A stretch of 30,998 nt of DNA from an uncultured virus (IMG/VR IMGVR_UViG_3300028888_000090) (IMGVR_UViG_3300028888_000090); one strand, 5' to 3'. Shown: positions 7,475-18,421, numbered from the stretch's first letter. The notes: generated by a model not told the origin, from the letters alone. Translations and numbers: made by a program.

Positions 7475-10400
7475 TTAAGGTTGATTACTAATAATAGAAC
7501 TTGATTGTTTTAATTGCAATACATAATTACCTGAAGAATCAACTGTTAATACTTTACCAGCATCAGCAACAGTCGGAGTAGGAAGATTAGGAAGAAGATT
7601 ATAAAGCGATGTTATACTTCTGACTCTTTCTTCCAAAGAATGCAAATAAAAATCATTTACAACAAAATCGGAAACTTTTGAACCAACAACTAGAGTTCCA
7701 CCAAAATCACCCATTATGTGAGCTTGATATTTTCCAAAAGGTTGTATTATACCAGCAGTACCAGCAGGAATTGGATTAAATAATAGTGTATCTAATGTAT
7801 TTAATTGTTGAGTGCCTCCTGCTACTACATCTTTCCAATAATAATGATTTAATGTTGTTGTTCCTTGTTGATAATCAAAACAAGAAAATTGAACATAGTT
7901 GGCATTTGAAGGACTTTTTATTACTTTACGTAGTGGTGTAAAATAAATATCTCCAACAAAGCCGTCAGGAATTCGCATATAAGCAAGAAGATAAACTTCA
8001 GATGTATTAGCTGTTGTATCAAAACGAGCATCTATAGGCCAAGAGCAATTTGTTGCAAAAGCAAATGTTGCTGTTGGAGGAGTGTCAACAACAGCGGCAA
8101 TATAATAAGAAATTATTTCATTATTTATAGAGTCGTTTATTGTTAGTTTTCCAACAATATTTCCCTTTGTAGAACGAGCGTGACACAAACCTATATATCT
8201 TCCTGTTTCGTTAGCAGTTTTTGTCCAATGATATACATTAGTATGATTATAAACAGCAGACGCTGGACAAAAATCACTTATATCAACAAGAGTCATATTT
8301 ACACTGTTCAATTCACATAACACATTATAGCTATAAGCAACTATGGCAGTGCTTGAATCTCCCTTTGTTTGTATAGCTATATCTTTACTTGTAATTCTAT
8401 GATTACTTTTTGATGAAATAACTATGCGATTATTAGTTGTATCTTTTTCTAGTGTTATACCAGTTCCTTGCTTGAAATCAAGATTTACATTTGTACTTTG
8501 GTCTGCACCAAAAGATGTTAAAGCTTCTTCATTTACTTGTATATTAAGATTACCATTGTTTGGTATTGGACTTGCAGCACTAACATGATTAGCTATAGCA
8601 TAAAAACTATTAACAGTATACACGTTTGTTGCTGTATTCTTTTCTACAAACAAATGTAATAGAAGTTCAACATAATCTTTTGAATGAAGATTTTGATTAA
8701 ACAGTCTTTTTGTTATAACATATTGTGTTGTAGATGCTTGAATTGTTGTAGTAAAGTCTTCACCAGCATCTGTTAAAGATACTCTATCACCATTTGAAAA
8801 ATTAAGCTTATAGTCAATATCTCTTTTAGCTATTAAAGCTTCAAGTATTTCTACTGCTGTTTTATTACAAGTACAATTTTCATTAACAACTGTTAAATAA
8901 TTATATCCGCTAGTAAAGTCGACAACAAGAGGAAGAGAAGGTTTATTCCAAATATAAGAAGAACTGTTGGGATTTGTTTGATTCCAATCAGCTTGACTAA
9001 AATTATTAACAAGTCCCCCAGTAGCTGTTAAAGAACTAGGATAAGTAGCACCAGGTTTATTAGAGTAAGCTTCAAGATAAACTTCATATCTTTGATTACC
9101 TATAATGGAATACAACACAACACTATAAAGATACGATTCATGGTTTGTTCCTGGAGCTGAAACATTAGTACCTAAATCAGATTCACTAAGATGTAACCAA
9201 TAAGTACGACCAAGTTCTGTAAAACGAACATAATAAGATAATTTTTTACCAGTTTTAACTGCAGCAACAATTTCGTCAGCTGTTTTGTTACAAGTTAGTA
9301 TTTCAGAACTAAATGTCTCGCTTGGACTACTTAAACTACTATAAAGTTCTACAATATATTCATCAATAACAGGTTTGTTTTTTATATAATCAAGAGCAGA
9401 TACATTGGTTTGATTCCAATCAGCTTGAGGAAGACTATAATAAAAACCTGTAACAATTTCGTTTAAATCAGAGTCTGGATCATAATTTGCAGATAATGTG
9501 ATATTATAATAAGAAGCTGTTTGATTATTAATTTGAGCAGCCTCATCATAAACACGTAATTTAATATAAGAATACAAATATGTATCACTAATTTCTATTC
9601 CTGATAAACTAGAAAACACAGTTTCTAGTTCTCTATATACATACAAGTCTTCACTATTACTATCAGAAACTAGAGTTTTAAGATAATATTTAACTTTTTT
9701 CTGAGCTTTATAAGCATTGAATAAATCTTGTGCTGTAAATTCAAATGTAAAACCTGGAGAAACATCTCTTGCAGCTGCGTAAAGATCTTTATTACAAACT
9801 ATTATTGCATTATATATATCATCTGCAATTAGAGGTTTGTTTTTAATATAGTCAAGAGCGTGAGTATTATCTTGATTCCAATCTGCTTGAAGTTGACTAA
9901 GACCTGTTGTTTGAGTAATAGTAATATCATCATTAACATTATTAACATAATGTTTAAGTTGGAAAAGAATATTTACTTTATCATTGCCATACTCATAAAA
10001 CAAGAAAGTTTCATAAGAATATAGGATATTATTACTTATAGTCCATTCTGCATTAGCTTGATTTAATATAAAAGATGCGTGTTGTACTGGAATAGCTAAT
10101 ACAAAAACAGCTTTCTTACCATCTAGACAAATATTCTCTGTAATATCTGCTGCACTCTTATCACAAGTAAACACGTATGGATCTTGTTCAGTATCAGAAC
10201 CGGTTCTAGTAATAGTAATAAAGTATACACCTAAATCTTCTGGTATTGTAGGTTTATGTTTTATATAATCATCTTGTGTTGGATCTGTTTGATTCCAATC
10301 AGCTTGAACATTCTGAAGACCACTAACTAATGCAGTTACAGGAAATTCAATTGTATTACCATTTTGAAGAGTAAGAATGATATTTCCTGTCTGGCTATTA

Positions 10401-12004
10401 TAAGTACCGTTTACAACAACACTTTCAAGAGGTAAATCTATAAGTTGTGGTGTTCCAAGAGGTGAACCGTTTTGGTCAAGAAGTTGTCCTGTTATAACAA
10501 AAGTAGAATTATCAATCGACAAACTTAAAGAAGCAGCATAAGGTGTTGAACTAGCTAAAGCACCAATATCAGAAGCTTGAGTAGGAACATTGATATTAAT
10601 TGTTGTATCTATTCCAGAGGCAGGATCAAAAGTATCTAAAACAACATTGTTTTGTTTAATAGTTAAACTTCCAATATCTTCTAAATTTGCATTACCTCCT
10701 TCAGGTAGATGGTGTTGTAAACTACCATAAGTTTCAACATACCAATTTCTAAACTGAATAGGATTTAAATCTGACACAAATCGTAAATAAGCACCATATC
10801 CAGTAGGAAGTCCAGAAGATAATTCAGTACCAATTAAAGTAGTATATCTTTTGTTAGTAGTAGCATTATCTCCTTGCATTAAAACAGTAACACGTTCTGT
10901 TGCTGATGCTCCGGGAGTAGCAGATATAAGATGACTAGTAAACAGAAGACTGTTCTTAAATCCAAAACCAGTAGCATTTACAATAGCCTGCTCTTCATCT
11001 GACATTTCATTCAGAAATCTAGATTCTATAGAATCTTTATTAGCTAAAACAGGAGTAGTATAAAAACCATTACTAACTTCTACATTATATTTATCTTTAG
11101 AAGCTATATAATCTAAAAGATCTTGATATTCACTTGGAGCAGGAATGTGCCAATTTGTAGGGGCAATACCTTTCATTTCACCAGCTGTTTCTGTTGATGT
11201 TTCTCCATTAGATACTGCAGAAAAGTTATATTTAAGACCTTTAGATTCAGTTAAAGAACTTTCATTATTTGTTAAATAATAATAGGGTATAGTAGTACTA
11301 TTTAATTCAGTTCCATTATTAACAATAGAAGAGCCATTAGCGATAGGAGTACCATCAGGAAGTTTAGTACATCTATAGTTCTCTGCAAGCCAAACTTTAT
11401 CTCCAACAATTACAGCACCATACCAGTTATCATCGAGATCTTTTACAGCATTTGGAAAATAAAAACCATCAAAAATAGCATCTGGATCTACCGGCGTTGG
11501 AATTTCTGGTTTATTCTTAATAAAGTCAAGAGCATCAGGATTTGTTTGATTCCAATCAGGTACAGGAAAAAAACGATCAGCATGAGAAATATTATAGCCT
11601 ATACCCTGTTGATTATGCGCAGGACGCCATGTAGCATTTACTGTAAATACAATATATGTTTCTCTCAAAAGATAATATAATTGAAATATACCTCGTGTAT
11701 CACCATCACTGCGTCTTTGAAGATTTGTTTTCCATGCAATTAAAGAAAATCTTACATCATCATTATTATTTTTACATAATACTTTCCATGCAAGAGTTTT
11801 TTTATCATCAATAGCTGCTGTCAATATTTCTTCTGCTGTTTTATCACAAGAAACGTTTAATGACGTTATCTCAGTTATATCGCTAATGTCTGAGCTTAAT
11901 GTGATAGTAAAAATATCATCAAAAACATCTAATTCTCCATCTCCTCTTACATATTGTTTTTCAGTACCACCGAAATCAATCTGTTTTCTTTTAATTTTTT
12001 TCAT
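7475..12004 (-). CDS. Large modular tail fibre/receptor-binding protein with a FISUMP (Fib_succ_major) domain
   Basis: 1509 aa with five DWNQ..YIxNKP fibre repeats and five CxK(T/S)A.EI-type modules. FISUMP motif KDLDDNWYGAVIVGDKVWLAENY...GLKYNF...APTNWHIP..SEY...NATGF...YLRFV at about 10770-11450. Confidence 0.75.
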   Translation of the reverse strand: MKKIKRKQIDFGGTEKQYVRGDGELDVFDDIFTITLSSDISDITEITSLNVSCDKTAEEILTAAIDDKKTLAWKVLCKNNNDDVRFSLIAWKTNLQRRSDGDTRGIFQLYYLLRETYIVFTVNATWRPAHNQQGIGYNISHADRFFPVPDWNQTNPDALDFIKNKPEIPTPVDPDAIFDGFYFPNAVKDLDDNWYGAVIVGDKVWLAENYRCTKLPDGTPIANGSSIVNNGTELNSTTIPYYYLTNNESSLTESKGLKYNFSAVSNGETSTETAGEMKGIAPTNWHIPAPSEYQDLLDYIASKDKYNVEVSNGFYTTPVLANKDSIESRFLNEMSDEEQAIVNATGFGFKNSLLFTSHLISATPGASATERVTVLMQGDNATTNKRYTTLIGTELSSGLPTGYGAYLRFVSDLNPIQFRNWYVETYGSLQHHLPEGGNANLEDIGSLTIKQNNVVLDTFDPASGIDTTININVPTQASDIGALASSTPYAASLSLSIDNSTFVITGQLLDQNGSPLGTPQLIDLPLESVVVNGTYNSQTGNIILTLQNGNTIEFPVTALVSGLQNVQADWNQTDPTQDDYIKHKPTIPEDLGVYFITITRTGSDTEQDPYVFTCDKSAADITENICLDGKKAVFVLAIPVQHASFILNQANAEWTISNNILYSYETFLFYEYGNDKVNILFQLKHYVNNVNDDITITQTTGLSQLQADWNQDNTHALDYIKNKPLIADDIYNAIIVCNKDLYAAARDVSPGFTFEFTAQDLFNAYKAQKKVKYYLKTLVSDSNSEDLYVYRELETVFSSLSGIEISDTYLYSYIKLRVYDEAAQINNQTASYYNITLSANYDPDSDLNEIVTGFYYSLPQADWNQTNVSALDYIKNKPVIDEYIVELYSSLSSPSETFSSEILTCNKTADEIVAAVKTGKKLSYYVRFTELGRTYWLHLSESDLGTNVSAPGTNHESYLYSVVLYSIIGNQRYEVYLEAYSNKPGATYPSSLTATGGLVNNFSQADWNQTNPNSSSYIWNKPSLPLVVDFTSGYNYLTVVNENCTCNKTAVEILEALIAKRDIDYKLNFSNGDRVSLTDAGEDFTTTIQASTTQYVITKRLFNQNLHSKDYVELLLHLFVEKNTATNVYTVNSFYAIANHVSAASPIPNNGNLNIQVNEEALTSFGADQSTNVNLDFKQGTGITLEKDTTNNRIVISSKSNHRITSKDIAIQTKGDSSTAIVAYSYNVLCELNSVNMTLVDISDFCPASAVYNHTNVYHWTKTANETGRYIGLCHARSTKGNIVGKLTINDSINNEIISYYIAAVVDTPPTATFAFATNCSWPIDARFDTTANTSEVYLLAYMRIPDGFVGDIYFTPLRKVIKSPSNANYVQFSCFDYQQGTTTLNHYYWKDVVAGGTQQLNTLDTLLFNPIPAGTAGIIQPFGKYQAHIMGDFGGTLVVGSKVSDFVVNDFYLHSLEERVRSITSLYNLLPNLPTPTVADAGKVLTVDSSGNYVLQLKQSSSIISNQP

Positions 12005-12014
12005 AGCAATTTAT

Positions 12015-12941
12015 TTATTCAGAATCATTATCAGATAGTAAATCACCTTCAACATAAATTTCATCAGGGGTTTCTCCTACATCAAAAGAACCAGTTCTTA
12101 ATCTAAAACCAACTCCTTTAGATACACCATTTTCGGTAACAACCCACTCTTCATAATCGTCATCATCAACAATATATAACACACCATTGATATGAACTAC
12201 AAGAGTACCAGGAACAAATTCACTACCAGGAAGAACGTGCCAATAAGAATAAGTAGCAACTTGGTCGTCTGTAAGACCATACAATTCTTCCAAATAAGGA
12301 GTAACAACAATGCCTTTAAGCACGTGCATTGTAGGATTAGTAGTAATCAAATCATCAATAGGATTATTTTCAGAAGGTTCGACAATAACTTGAGTTTCAT
12401 CACCTTCGATTGTGATAAAGATATTAACAGAACCGTCTTCATCATAAGGTATTGTAAAGCTGATATTATCTTTATAATTTTCAACAATACAATTAAGTTG
12501 AGCTTTCACATAATTAAGAAGAGTACTAGCAACTTTTGCATAGTAATTACTCTCTTTTGGAGTATTACCTGACATTACAGATAATTGTTTTGCTGCAAGA
12601 GCTGCTTTAAACATATGATAACATTCAACAACAGGCATATTTTTATTATCACAAAGAGCCTTACAAGAATGCAACATCGACTCTCCCAACTCTACCATTA
12701 CTAGCAGAAGTTTGTTATAAACAAACAAAAACTCAATAGGAATATTAACTGGAATAGAAGTAATATGTAGAGTTTCTGTTAAATTTATAGGAGTTGTCGA
12801 ATGTTGTTCTTCAGTATTTGAATCTGTTGTCTGATTATCATCAGTAGAATTTTCATCATTTGTTTGACCACCAGTATTCGGATCTTCCGTAGTAGGAGTA
12901 TCAGTGGTCGGTTCTTCTAAAACGTCATTATCATCAGGCAT
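12015..12941 (-). CDS. crAss-like conserved structural protein (tail hub/fibre-attachment-like) with an acidic disordered N-terminus
   Basis: The IP.E...VY.KLL......G..ML..C.A.C...N...V.C..MF..A.A pattern resembles a conserved crAss tail-region protein; it lies immediately upstream of the fibre gene. Confidence 0.5.
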   Translation of the reverse strand: MPDDNDVLEEPTTDTPTTEDPNTGGQTNDENSTDDNQTTDSNTEEQHSTTPINLTETLHITSIPVNIPIEFLFVYNKLLLVMVELGESMLHSCKALCDNKNMPVVECYHMFKAALAAKQLSVMSGNTPKESNYYAKVASTLLNYVKAQLNCIVENYKDNISFTIPYDEDGSVNIFITIEGDETQVIVEPSENNPIDDLITTNPTMHVLKGIVVTPYLEELYGLTDDQVATYSYWHVLPGSEFVPGTLVVHINGVLYIVDDDDYEEWVVTENGVSKGVGFRLRTGSFDVGETPDEIYVEGDLLSDNDSE

Positions 12942-12943
12942 AA

Positions 12944-13177
12944 CTATAGTGTTAATAATTTTCTTGTAATGTTTAATAATTTATTTCGTTGAAGAGTACT
13001 TAATTGAGGTACAATTTTATAGCAATCAGTTACTATGTTTGCTATATAAAATAAATTAGCTTTACGACTATTAATATTATACCCCTCATCATGGCAATTA
13101 ACAATAGTGTAAGCTAATTTATTTCTTCTTTCATTAAGTATTTTCAACATTCTTTCTAATACATATTCATTAGCCAT
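12944..13177 (-). CDS. Hypothetical protein
   Basis: 77-aa ORF, tightly packed in the operon. Confidence 0.75.
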   Translation of the reverse strand: MANEYVLERMLKILNERRNKLAYTIVNCHDEGYNINSRKANLFYIANIVTDCYKIVPQLSTLQRNKLLNITRKLLTL

Positions 13178-13182
13178 AAGAA

Positions 13183-13806
13183 TTAGGTGTTGAAAATTTT
13201 ATTTGAAACGTAAATAGAATATTCACCAATAAGAATATTTATTTTGTCATTAATGTGAGCTATTCTTGCAATAGCATCTTGACCATCATAAATTATAGGT
13301 ATAACCGCGTCTGCAATTTCCTTTGTCCATTCCTCTTTAAGTTTAGATGCAACATTTATTTCGTTAATTTCATATACAGATAAAGCAGAATAAAGTTTAT
13401 AATATTCAGTATTAATTACTTTAGCTAAATTATTACTTATTAATTCTTTGTTTTTATCAATGTTATTGTGAGCAATAATATAAGAACATTCTTGAGATAT
13501 CTTAAAACCAAGTGCTTTAAATCCTAGTTGAATTGCTTTATCACATTGACGAATTTCTCTTTTTTCTGCATCTTCAAAAGTTTTATTTAGAACAGCATTA
13601 AGTTTAGCTATGTTATCTCCCATTTCTTTCATTGCTTTACTCATTTCAAGCAATGGTTTATCTTTAGTTTTAGCCTTGAAATAATCTATCAATCTTGTAA
13701 TTAAAGTATAACAAATGAAAACACAACTAGAAATAATAACTGTAACGTAAGAAGAATTGCGAACACTTTCGTTTATAATTTCATTAATTGTTTTTAATTC
13801 TTCCAT
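13183..13806 (-). CDS. Membrane-anchored helical protein (207 aa, start revised to ATG 13806)
   Basis: N-terminal TM segment YVTVIISSCVFICYTLI followed by a coiled coil. The GTG at 13824 lies inside a hairpin stem. Confidence 0.7.
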   Translation of the reverse strand: MEELKTINEIINESVRNSSYVTVIISSCVFICYTLITRLIDYFKAKTKDKPLLEMSKAMKEMGDNIAKLNAVLNKTFEDAEKREIRQCDKAIQLGFKALGFKISQECSYIIAHNNIDKNKELISNNLAKVINTEYYKLYSALSVYEINEINVASKLKEEWTKEIADAVIPIIYDGQDAIARIAHINDKINILIGEYSIYVSNKIFNT

Positions 13807-13811
13807 ATTAG

Positions 13812-13847
13812 TAAAATCTACCACCCCTGTAGAAGAGGTGGTAGATT
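13812..13847 (-). terminator. Terminator/attenuator hairpin after the capsid gene block
   Basis: 11-bp stem AATCTACCACC/GGTGGTAGATT (13815-13847); the minus-strand 3' arm ends ...GATTTT. The loop carries the dispersed motif. Confidence 0.7.
13818..13838 (+). repeat. Dispersed GC-rich motif, copy 4
   Basis: CTACCACCCCTGTAGAAGAGG, in a hairpin arm and loop. Confidence 0.8.
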
Positions 13848-13859
13848 AATATTGTTGTG

Positions 13860-14840
13860 TTAGTCTTGTGTTGCAGCAGTAATCGCACTATTAGTATCAG
13901 CAGTCAATTCCTTTTCCTTAACAGCAGTCAATATAGCATCAATTGCTGAAATCTTAGTAACAGGAACGGCAATATAAACATTTTGCCAAACTCTTTCATC
14001 ACGAGTTTTGGAAGCATCTCTTCCAACTTTGAAACGAAGAGTATAAACAGCGTAACCGGTCGTACTATATTTACCATTGGTAGCGTCAGTACCATTACGA
14101 TTAGCACCAGAATCATTCAGAGTGTAATCAGCAACGGCTTCAGGATAACCAGGAATAAACTCACGACCTTCAGCAGCAGTATGGTAAAAACCTTTACCTG
14201 CAGCGCAGAAAGAAGCAAGATGTTGAATATCAGCTTTGTCACCAATAGGTTTCTCAGCATGAGTTACAGTAAGAGATGTTCCAGTAAGATCATCAATAGC
14301 CACAACTTCCCAATCCTCACCAACATTATTACAAGTAATAGTCAATTGACCATTGCTTCTAGTAGTAGTAAAAGGAAATTTGTCATTGACTTTATTATCC
14401 ATAGCTGTTTTAAAAGCAGCAGCTTCAGCATAAGCGGCATTATCTGTTTTAGCTACGATACCAACAGTCCAACTATTTCTCTCGTGAGGAACAACACCTT
14501 TCTTAAAGAAACGAAGTGTATATTCTTCACCAGGAGTAGTAGTAGGCATTGTGAAAACTACAGAGAAAGTAGCACCTTTAAAAGGCAAAGCTTTAACTAC
14601 TGACAAAGTATCAACATCAACTTCCGGAATAATAAAAGGATGCTGACCATTAGGGCGACCAAGAGCAATCGCGAAATTTTTAGTAGGAGCACTGGAAGTC
14701 AGAGCAGTACCACTACCCAATTCAAAGAAAGTAATAGCACCATCAGCAAGACCTGACAAATCATTAACATTACCATCAGTCAGACCATAATTGAGAATGC
14801 TGTTCTCTCCTTGTTCTTTTACAATTAAAAGTTGTCTCAT
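13860..14840 (-). CDS. crAss-like conserved virion protein (gene 73-like, probable auxiliary capsid protein)
   Basis: 326 aa, beta-rich, third gene after MCP in the conserved Crassvirales capsid block, followed by a terminator. Confidence 0.6.
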   Translation of the reverse strand: MRQLLIVKEQGENSILNYGLTDGNVNDLSGLADGAITFFELGSGTALTSSAPTKNFAIALGRPNGQHPFIIPEVDVDTLSVVKALPFKGATFSVVFTMPTTTPGEEYTLRFFKKGVVPHERNSWTVGIVAKTDNAAYAEAAAFKTAMDNKVNDKFPFTTTRSNGQLTITCNNVGEDWEVVAIDDLTGTSLTVTHAEKPIGDKADIQHLASFCAAGKGFYHTAAEGREFIPGYPEAVADYTLNDSGANRNGTDATNGKYSTTGYAVYTLRFKVGRDASKTRDERVWQNVYIAVPVTKISAIDAILTAVKEKELTADTNSAITAATQD

Positions 14841-14864
14841 TGTTTAATAAATTTGATTTGTTAA

Positions 14865-15764
14865 TTAATATTGATAATTACCAGCAGCAGGAGTATTAGC
14901 ATTAGCGTTAATCTCTCGTTGTTGGGTTTGTTGATTATATGAACCTCCACGAACAGAAATCATATATAAATCAACAGCGTGCTTAAGAACATCTATGTGT
15001 ATATTTTCAGGAAGATTACAATCAACGTTTTCTCCTTCAATATCAGAAGCATATCTCACAACATTAGGAATTGTTATATAAGACATACGAAGTTTATTTG
15101 GAACAAGATTATTCTCAAGAACATAATAAGTATTACTTTCATATTCTTGAGTTCTAAATCTACTTATATATAAATCATACGTATCATCATTATAAACTAC
15201 TAATATTGGAGTACGAAGACGGCTCTTAAGAATAAAATCATTAAGAGTATTTGCAAGTTCTGAATGATCAATTATTCGAACAGGAAACCAAGTAGTAACA
15301 AATTGATTTTCATCTAGATCGATAGGAGCATCTCCTGCATGAGTCCCTGTATATCCAGTTTTTGTACTTTTATAATTAAGCGAAAAATCAACGAGATAAA
15401 GATATTCAGGAACAACTGTAGTAGATACATCATCTATAGAACCAGCGTTATCATATTTATTAGACATCTTTCCTGTAAGAACATCAGTTGAATTAAATTC
15501 CATAAAAGGAGTAGCAGAAGCCATATCTAATTCAACAACTTTATATAAGGAACGAAGAGCATTTACTTGATTTAACTTTGTAACATCAGCAATTACTCTA
15601 TCGTTCCTTACACCAACATTCTCACGCACTAATTGATTTATAATATCTGAAATGGACGTATTAATAAATACATCAATCTCTTCAGGAAGAATAGCCCGAA
15701 CATTTTGCATACCCATTTGTTGGGCATATTGACGAAACCATACGTGCATTTCAGCAATATTCAT
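14865..15764 (-). CDS. crAss-like tail ring/adaptor protein (gene 74-like)
   Basis: N-terminal M...EMH..F.......LPEEID.FIN and C-terminal C.LPE..H..V...AV motifs typical of crAss ring proteins, plus synteny. Confidence 0.7.
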   Translation of the reverse strand: MNIAEMHVWFRQYAQQMGMQNVRAILPEEIDVFINTSISDIINQLVRENVGVRNDRVIADVTKLNQVNALRSLYKVVELDMASATPFMEFNSTDVLTGKMSNKYDNAGSIDDVSTTVVPEYLYLVDFSLNYKSTKTGYTGTHAGDAPIDLDENQFVTTWFPVRIIDHSELANTLNDFILKSRLRTPILVVYNDDTYDLYISRFRTQEYESNTYYVLENNLVPNKLRMSYITIPNVVRYASDIEGENVDCNLPENIHIDVLKHAVDLYMISVRGGSYNQQTQQREINANANTPAAGNYQY

Positions 15765-15776
15765 AGTTCAATTATT

Positions 15777-16868
15777 TTAATTAAGTTTAAGTTTATTTTC
15801 AAGAGCAGTACGAATAGCTTTATTCGCATCATTCTCGAACCAAGCAATAGCTTCATTCATATTAGAACCAACAAAAGTACCATCCGGCATAGAAATTTGT
15901 TGATTAAATTCAGAACGAACTAACTCACCACGAGTAATAAGAGTTTCAATGAATGCTTTCATTTGAATATTTTTATCGCTAACAAGCTTATTAAATTTAT
16001 CAGGATTTGTATTAACAAAGTCCATAACAATAGATTGCTTAACGCTCTGGTCTTTAAGCATAGCTTCAGCAAGATTATCATTACGAATAATACTAATAGC
16101 GATAAACACAGAATCAAACTTATCATTATCAGCAGAAAGTCTAACAAAGTTAGCCATTGCATCACTTCTTTCTTTAGTAAGTTTCTTCTGACGTTCTTGT
16201 TCTCTAGCTTCATCCTTAATATAAAAACGAATTGTAGGATCAGAATTAATCAAAGCAACGTCTTTAGCAACTTCCTTATAAAGTAGACAATGACGATACA
16301 TCAAATACGCCTCAATATCTTCAGGATGACCATATTGATATTTAGTACTCTCAAGAGCATTAAGAGCTTCAATCTTTTTCTTAAGAGCATCCTTAATAGC
16401 AGAAGTATTTGACCTATCTACTTTGTCATACTCAGCATTAATAGCATTTTCTTTCTTTTGAATTTCAAGATAATCTTTCTTGTGGTCATATACAAAGGAA
16501 GTATTCAAAGAAACATCATTTTCACTAATAGTGAATTGAATATTACTAAGCCAAGCTTTTACTCTTGTGATATAATCAGGATTATTAGGAGAAATACCAA
16601 TTAATGCAGGGAAATAAGCATCTACTTCTTTAGCATTCGAAGAAAGAACTTGACAAGAACGAATACAAGAACCAATAGTTTCTCTACGTTGTCCAAGAAC
16701 TTTCATATTAGCTTTACGATAATTTGAATAATTATGAACAAGACTAATCGTAACAGATCTCTTGTCAGTATAAGGAGCATTCAAATCTTCTTCAAAGCTA
16801 TTAACCTTTGGAGTTTCCTGTTTTGCTGAAGTTTTAACTTCTGTACCAGTATTTGGTTTAATTTCCAT
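15777..16868 (-). CDS. crAss-like conserved protein following MCP (gene 75-like)
   Basis: 363 aa, directly downstream of MCP, with a C-terminal G.NMNEAIAWF motif. Confidence 0.65.
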   Translation of the reverse strand: MEIKPNTGTEVKTSAKQETPKVNSFEEDLNAPYTDKRSVTISLVHNYSNYRKANMKVLGQRRETIGSCIRSCQVLSSNAKEVDAYFPALIGISPNNPDYITRVKAWLSNIQFTISENDVSLNTSFVYDHKKDYLEIQKKENAINAEYDKVDRSNTSAIKDALKKKIEALNALESTKYQYGHPEDIEAYLMYRHCLLYKEVAKDVALINSDPTIRFYIKDEAREQERQKKLTKERSDAMANFVRLSADNDKFDSVFIAISIIRNDNLAEAMLKDQSVKQSIVMDFVNTNPDKFNKLVSDKNIQMKAFIETLITRGELVRSEFNQQISMPDGTFVGSNMNEAIAWFENDANKAIRTALENKLKLN

Positions 16869-16900
16869 ATTACTTCTATTTTTAGATTAATGATTAATTA

Positions 16901-18376
16901 TTACAGCACGCACTTGAGTTGCAACATCTTAGTAGCGTTATTTACTTGCAAACCCATAGTACTCTTAACTTCGTAACGGCTCATATCAATTTCAGTTGCG
17001 ATAGAATTTGCAGGAACACCACCCCAAGATGCAGGAATAGGAGTCAGACCTTTCAAAATACCAACAATATGAATTTGACCTTTCAGACGAACCATACGAA
17101 CATTGCGAACACCCTCATAAGTACTCATATCAATAAGGAATGCCTGATGAGAACTCATAGGAAGACCAGTACGAGGATGAATGTTACCATTGGATTTATC
17201 ATTGTCAGCAATCGTACCTTTATCCAAGAAAGGCAGATGTTTAACAGTGATAATATGACCATCGACAGTCTTATATCTACGGAAATATTTACCATAAGAC
17301 AGACCACCATCAAAGTCCTCAATCATCTTATCACCAAGAGGAGTAGCAAAGCCTTCAGCTTTAGCATCGTTACGCATAGCCATATCAAAGTCTTGCATAA
17401 AGCCTTTACCAGCCATAAGAACAACCTCCATAGTACCATTATCGGTATCCTTATCAAGAACGTCACCAATAGTACGCTCAATCTTGTTCAGAGTAAGAAC
17501 TTCACCATAAGTATCATAGTTAGACTCACGACAAATTTCCATCATACCAGCAGTCTTACGAATAGGTTGACCATTATCAGGATCAATCATAGTAACTTCA
17601 CCATTAGCGTTACAGTTGTATTCGCTAAGCCAAAGTTCCTCTTCATTCATAATACGACGCTGAATTTCAAATTGACGCATTTCCTCATTAATCCACAGAT
17701 TAGTAGTACCACCACCAGCAGTCTTAAATTCATAAGTAACAATAGTATTAGAAATGTTACCTGCAATCTCCTTAGAGTAACGAAGAACTTCAAGTTGTGA
17801 AGTCATCTTACCAGGTCCCATAACATTACTACGGTTACCTTTAGAATAAGACAAGCTAACAGTAGGAGCAGTCATACTCCAATACTTACCAGCAGAAAGA
17901 TTGTCCAAATCGACAAAACTATTAGGATTCGGAGAAGTAAGTTGCAGACGATAAAGATAACCGCCATGAGAACCTTCACCAAGATCCTTCATAATACGAA
18001 CATGGGTACGACCATCAGGAGCCATCAAACCATATTGTTCAATAAGCCAATGAGTAGCAAATTCAACTTCAAACATAGCACCACCTTTACCAGGAGTAGT
18101 ATTAGCTTTGTTGAAGTAAACAACATAGTCATTAAACTTCATTCTACCCATTGTTTTCCAAGTCCAAGTTTCAGTACCAATATCAACAGTACCGGCACTA
18201 CCTTGACCCTCAGTAAGGAATGTCAGAGGAAATCTATCATCATCCATACCAAAGGTATAAGTCAGAGTCTTATTGATTTCCTCAGGTTGAGTAAGCATAA
18301 GATGAGCAATGGTTTCCTCATTAGAATAACCTCTGTCATCATAATTACCACGAGAAACTTCTCTAAGTTTGTACAT
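16901..18376 (-). CDS. Major capsid protein (Crassvirales, HK97 fold)
   Basis: 491 aa; the MYKLREV.RG.YDDRGYSNEE start and Y.TVDGH..TV.H.P..D.G motifs are crAss MCP-like; canonical position in the block. Confidence 0.9.
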   Translation of the reverse strand: MYKLREVSRGNYDDRGYSNEETIAHLMLTQPEEINKTLTYTFGMDDDRFPLTFLTEGQGSAGTVDIGTETWTWKTMGRMKFNDYVVYFNKANTTPGKGGAMFEVEFATHWLIEQYGLMAPDGRTHVRIMKDLGEGSHGGYLYRLQLTSPNPNSFVDLDNLSAGKYWSMTAPTVSLSYSKGNRSNVMGPGKMTSQLEVLRYSKEIAGNISNTIVTYEFKTAGGGTTNLWINEEMRQFEIQRRIMNEEELWLSEYNCNANGEVTMIDPDNGQPIRKTAGMMEICRESNYDTYGEVLTLNKIERTIGDVLDKDTDNGTMEVVLMAGKGFMQDFDMAMRNDAKAEGFATPLGDKMIEDFDGGLSYGKYFRRYKTVDGHIITVKHLPFLDKGTIADNDKSNGNIHPRTGLPMSSHQAFLIDMSTYEGVRNVRMVRLKGQIHIVGILKGLTPIPASWGGVPANSIATEIDMSRYEVKSTMGLQVNNATKMLQLKCVL

Positions 18377-18421
18377 ACAATTAATAATTTTTAGATGATT
18401 AATAATTTTGTTTATATGAGA

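Noticed and set aside
10770..11450. Active diversity-generating retroelement targeting the FISUMP domain
   Set aside because: No reverse transcriptase or template repeat seen in the window, and the domain is internal rather than C-terminal.
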